Shown one piece after another: positions 62,210-64,000 of a DNA stretch of 64,000 nucleotides. Each line of letters begins with the position of its first letter. Positions within the stretch are counted from its first letter, which is position 1. The notes under the pieces were generated by a model, which worked only from the letters and a program-made list of their open reading frames with translations, searched no databases and was not told the origin of the DNA. Origin of the DNA: Saccostrea echinata (lineage: Eukaryota); contig NW_026889751.1 in the NCBI RefSeq assembly GCF_033153115.1, forward strand, positions 30,814,001 to 30,878,000, written 5' to 3'. A program made the translations under genes and the position numbers.

Positions 62210-62759
62210 TTGCTTTGTTTGTATACTTCTTTAGTTTGGAGTATATTGATTATCTATGTAACAACAAGGGGTGATTACAGATCATGCAAATGCAATCTAC
62301 ATGTAGGGCACTATAATTATAACATATTATATCTATCTACATTTTGTCTTCTTATTTAGATCGATTGTATAAATTCATATCATTTAAATCTTATCAAATT
62401 GAATTTCTTAATCCCCAGAAATATTCCTCAATCTTTTTCCCCTATTCGCTGTCTTCACTATGACTCCATTACAGTTGATATATATTTAATTACTTAGTAC
62501 TCCCCCTGGGCATCCTATCAAACCTCTGGTGTTTCCAGAGGCCATGCACTGTTCATGTTTCCAATTGTTTTACGGGATTTATGAGATTTATCACAATTCC
62601 TTATCTCCACCTTTTTCATATATCAAATTTCTTAACTTACTATGCATTTATATTGGGTGTGCTGTTTTGATATTTTAAGTCTGTTTATAGCTCAAAGGTT
62701 TGTAGAATTGTAAATCAAATTAAGTCTATTCTTTAGTAAAATGAAACTGATGACAGGGA

Positions 62760-63080
62760 AGATGAAATGATACTCTTGCATGACTCTGCCTCCCTCCAAG
62801 AAAGGCTTTATGTAAAGAGAATATGCTTTGGCACACCAAAATATCATTTGAAACAAGTAGGTTTTTTTAATGGTGTCTCCATCTCGTCACCAACTTATCA
62901 GAAAACCTGTTAAACTCGGCTGCTGTTACACACCAATAAAATCATGTTTTATGTTTGCTTTGGAGAAATATCAGCTTATCAGAAGAAACAGGTGGCATTT
63001 GTGTTATCCATGTATCGTGCCACATCTGGTTTCCTCTCTAACTGTCCGTGCTGGTATAGAAGGGTTAGTTACATTTAATG
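62760..63080 (-). pseudogene. Further paralogous TIR-like remnant (3' end of the next copy)
   Basis: Clear similarity to 48300-48520 and 49480-49620 (GTGCCACATCTGGTTTCC; TATGTTTGCTTTGGA; AACAGGTGGCAT). Confidence 0.45.
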
Positions 63081-64000
63081 CTATTTTCCTTTTTTTTTTT
63101 TTTTTTTGTTAATTTTTTTTCATAAATAAAATTTATATGAACACTGTATCTTGTATCGGGGACATGCAAATATATCTTTAAATTTTGTCATTTTTTAAAC
63201 AATTGCGTATATCCATGTACTGTCCCAGACATGCACGGAGTTCTTTACTATGAAGAAGTACATTTAATGTATAAACATAAAGTAAGTGTAATGATGGGGA
63301 TAATAATCATTGATCGACTTGAAAGTATTAATTCGTGGATGTCACTCTAATTAGCAAGGCATACAAACGTAAATTGTGCCTTATATCTACAGAAGAGAGT
63401 TTAAAATGAAACTCTGCTTAAATTTAAAGTCCATAAATTAGATACTTAGAAAACGTTCATCACTGATATTGAGAGGAAAAACCATTAAATAAACATGATG
63501 ACTCATATATCCTATAAAAATGTGTCAAATTTTTATATTCTTTAATTTTGTGTTCGCGTTAATTTCATTAATTTTGATATTCAGAGCCCGATCTAGGTCG
63601 AAAGCTAAGCTACTAAAACGGAGAAAATAGTTTGCGCTACGTTTAAAAGTCTTGAAACTGCCTAACATTTCCGGCGTCGTCATTTGTGAGCGCATTTTAT
63701 TGTAAACACGCAATCAGAAAATAAATAGGTTGGAACAATAGAATTTCTCAATACAATATTATGAAAAAATTTAAAAAATGAATATTAAGGCATTGAAAAT
63801 TACCATGAGAAAGGTTCTGACAATTTAAGTCCGAAATAAATATAAAAATTCCTACAGAATTTGTAAAGCCTCTTTTGAAACAGGTACACTTTGTTTTAAT
63901 ATTTCAATTTGTCGAATATTATTGAAATCTGATGGATTTCTCATTACAAATTAGGTAATATATCACTGTTTATACTATTATAATGTGTCAGGCTACCCTG

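Noticed and set aside
62089-62359. SLSLSL/YIYIYI ORFs
   Set aside because: Microsatellite translation.

Overview
Eukaryotic, AT-rich, intron-containing genomic DNA, almost certainly from a cupped oyster (Crassostrea/Magallana), judged from a 166-bp Cg170-type satellite carried in a Helentron-associated element. The window has two assembly gaps (41946-42110, 43053-43188). Four protein-coding genes can be reconstructed by eye. (1) FKBP2: + strand, 4 exons at 1881-8062, ends NDEL, start codon not in the window. (2) ZFAND3: - strand, 6 exons at 11578-16930, 247 aa. (3) A single-exon ankyrin-repeat/SOCS-box protein at 20189-21514. (4) A single-exon orphan class A GPCR at 31953-33023. From about 36.9 kb to the end, the sequence appears to be a decayed, internally re-duplicated cluster of LRR/Toll-like-receptor pseudogenes on the - strand that the ORF track misses. 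It contains a young Penelope-like retroelement with a GIY-YIG ORF and a minimal hammerhead ribozyme. Many non-autonomous transposons are present: CAG-ended elements with 5-bp TSDs, hAT, Tc1/mariner, Kolobok, an Academ-like element, HINEs and tRNA-SINEs. The most unusual observations are: DNA transposon target-site duplications that coincide exactly with splice sites, tandem duplications of splice donors, a TE carrying RFX X-box palindromes phased about every 173 bp, and several long near-perfect hairpins. All calls were made by manual reading; no database searches were run.
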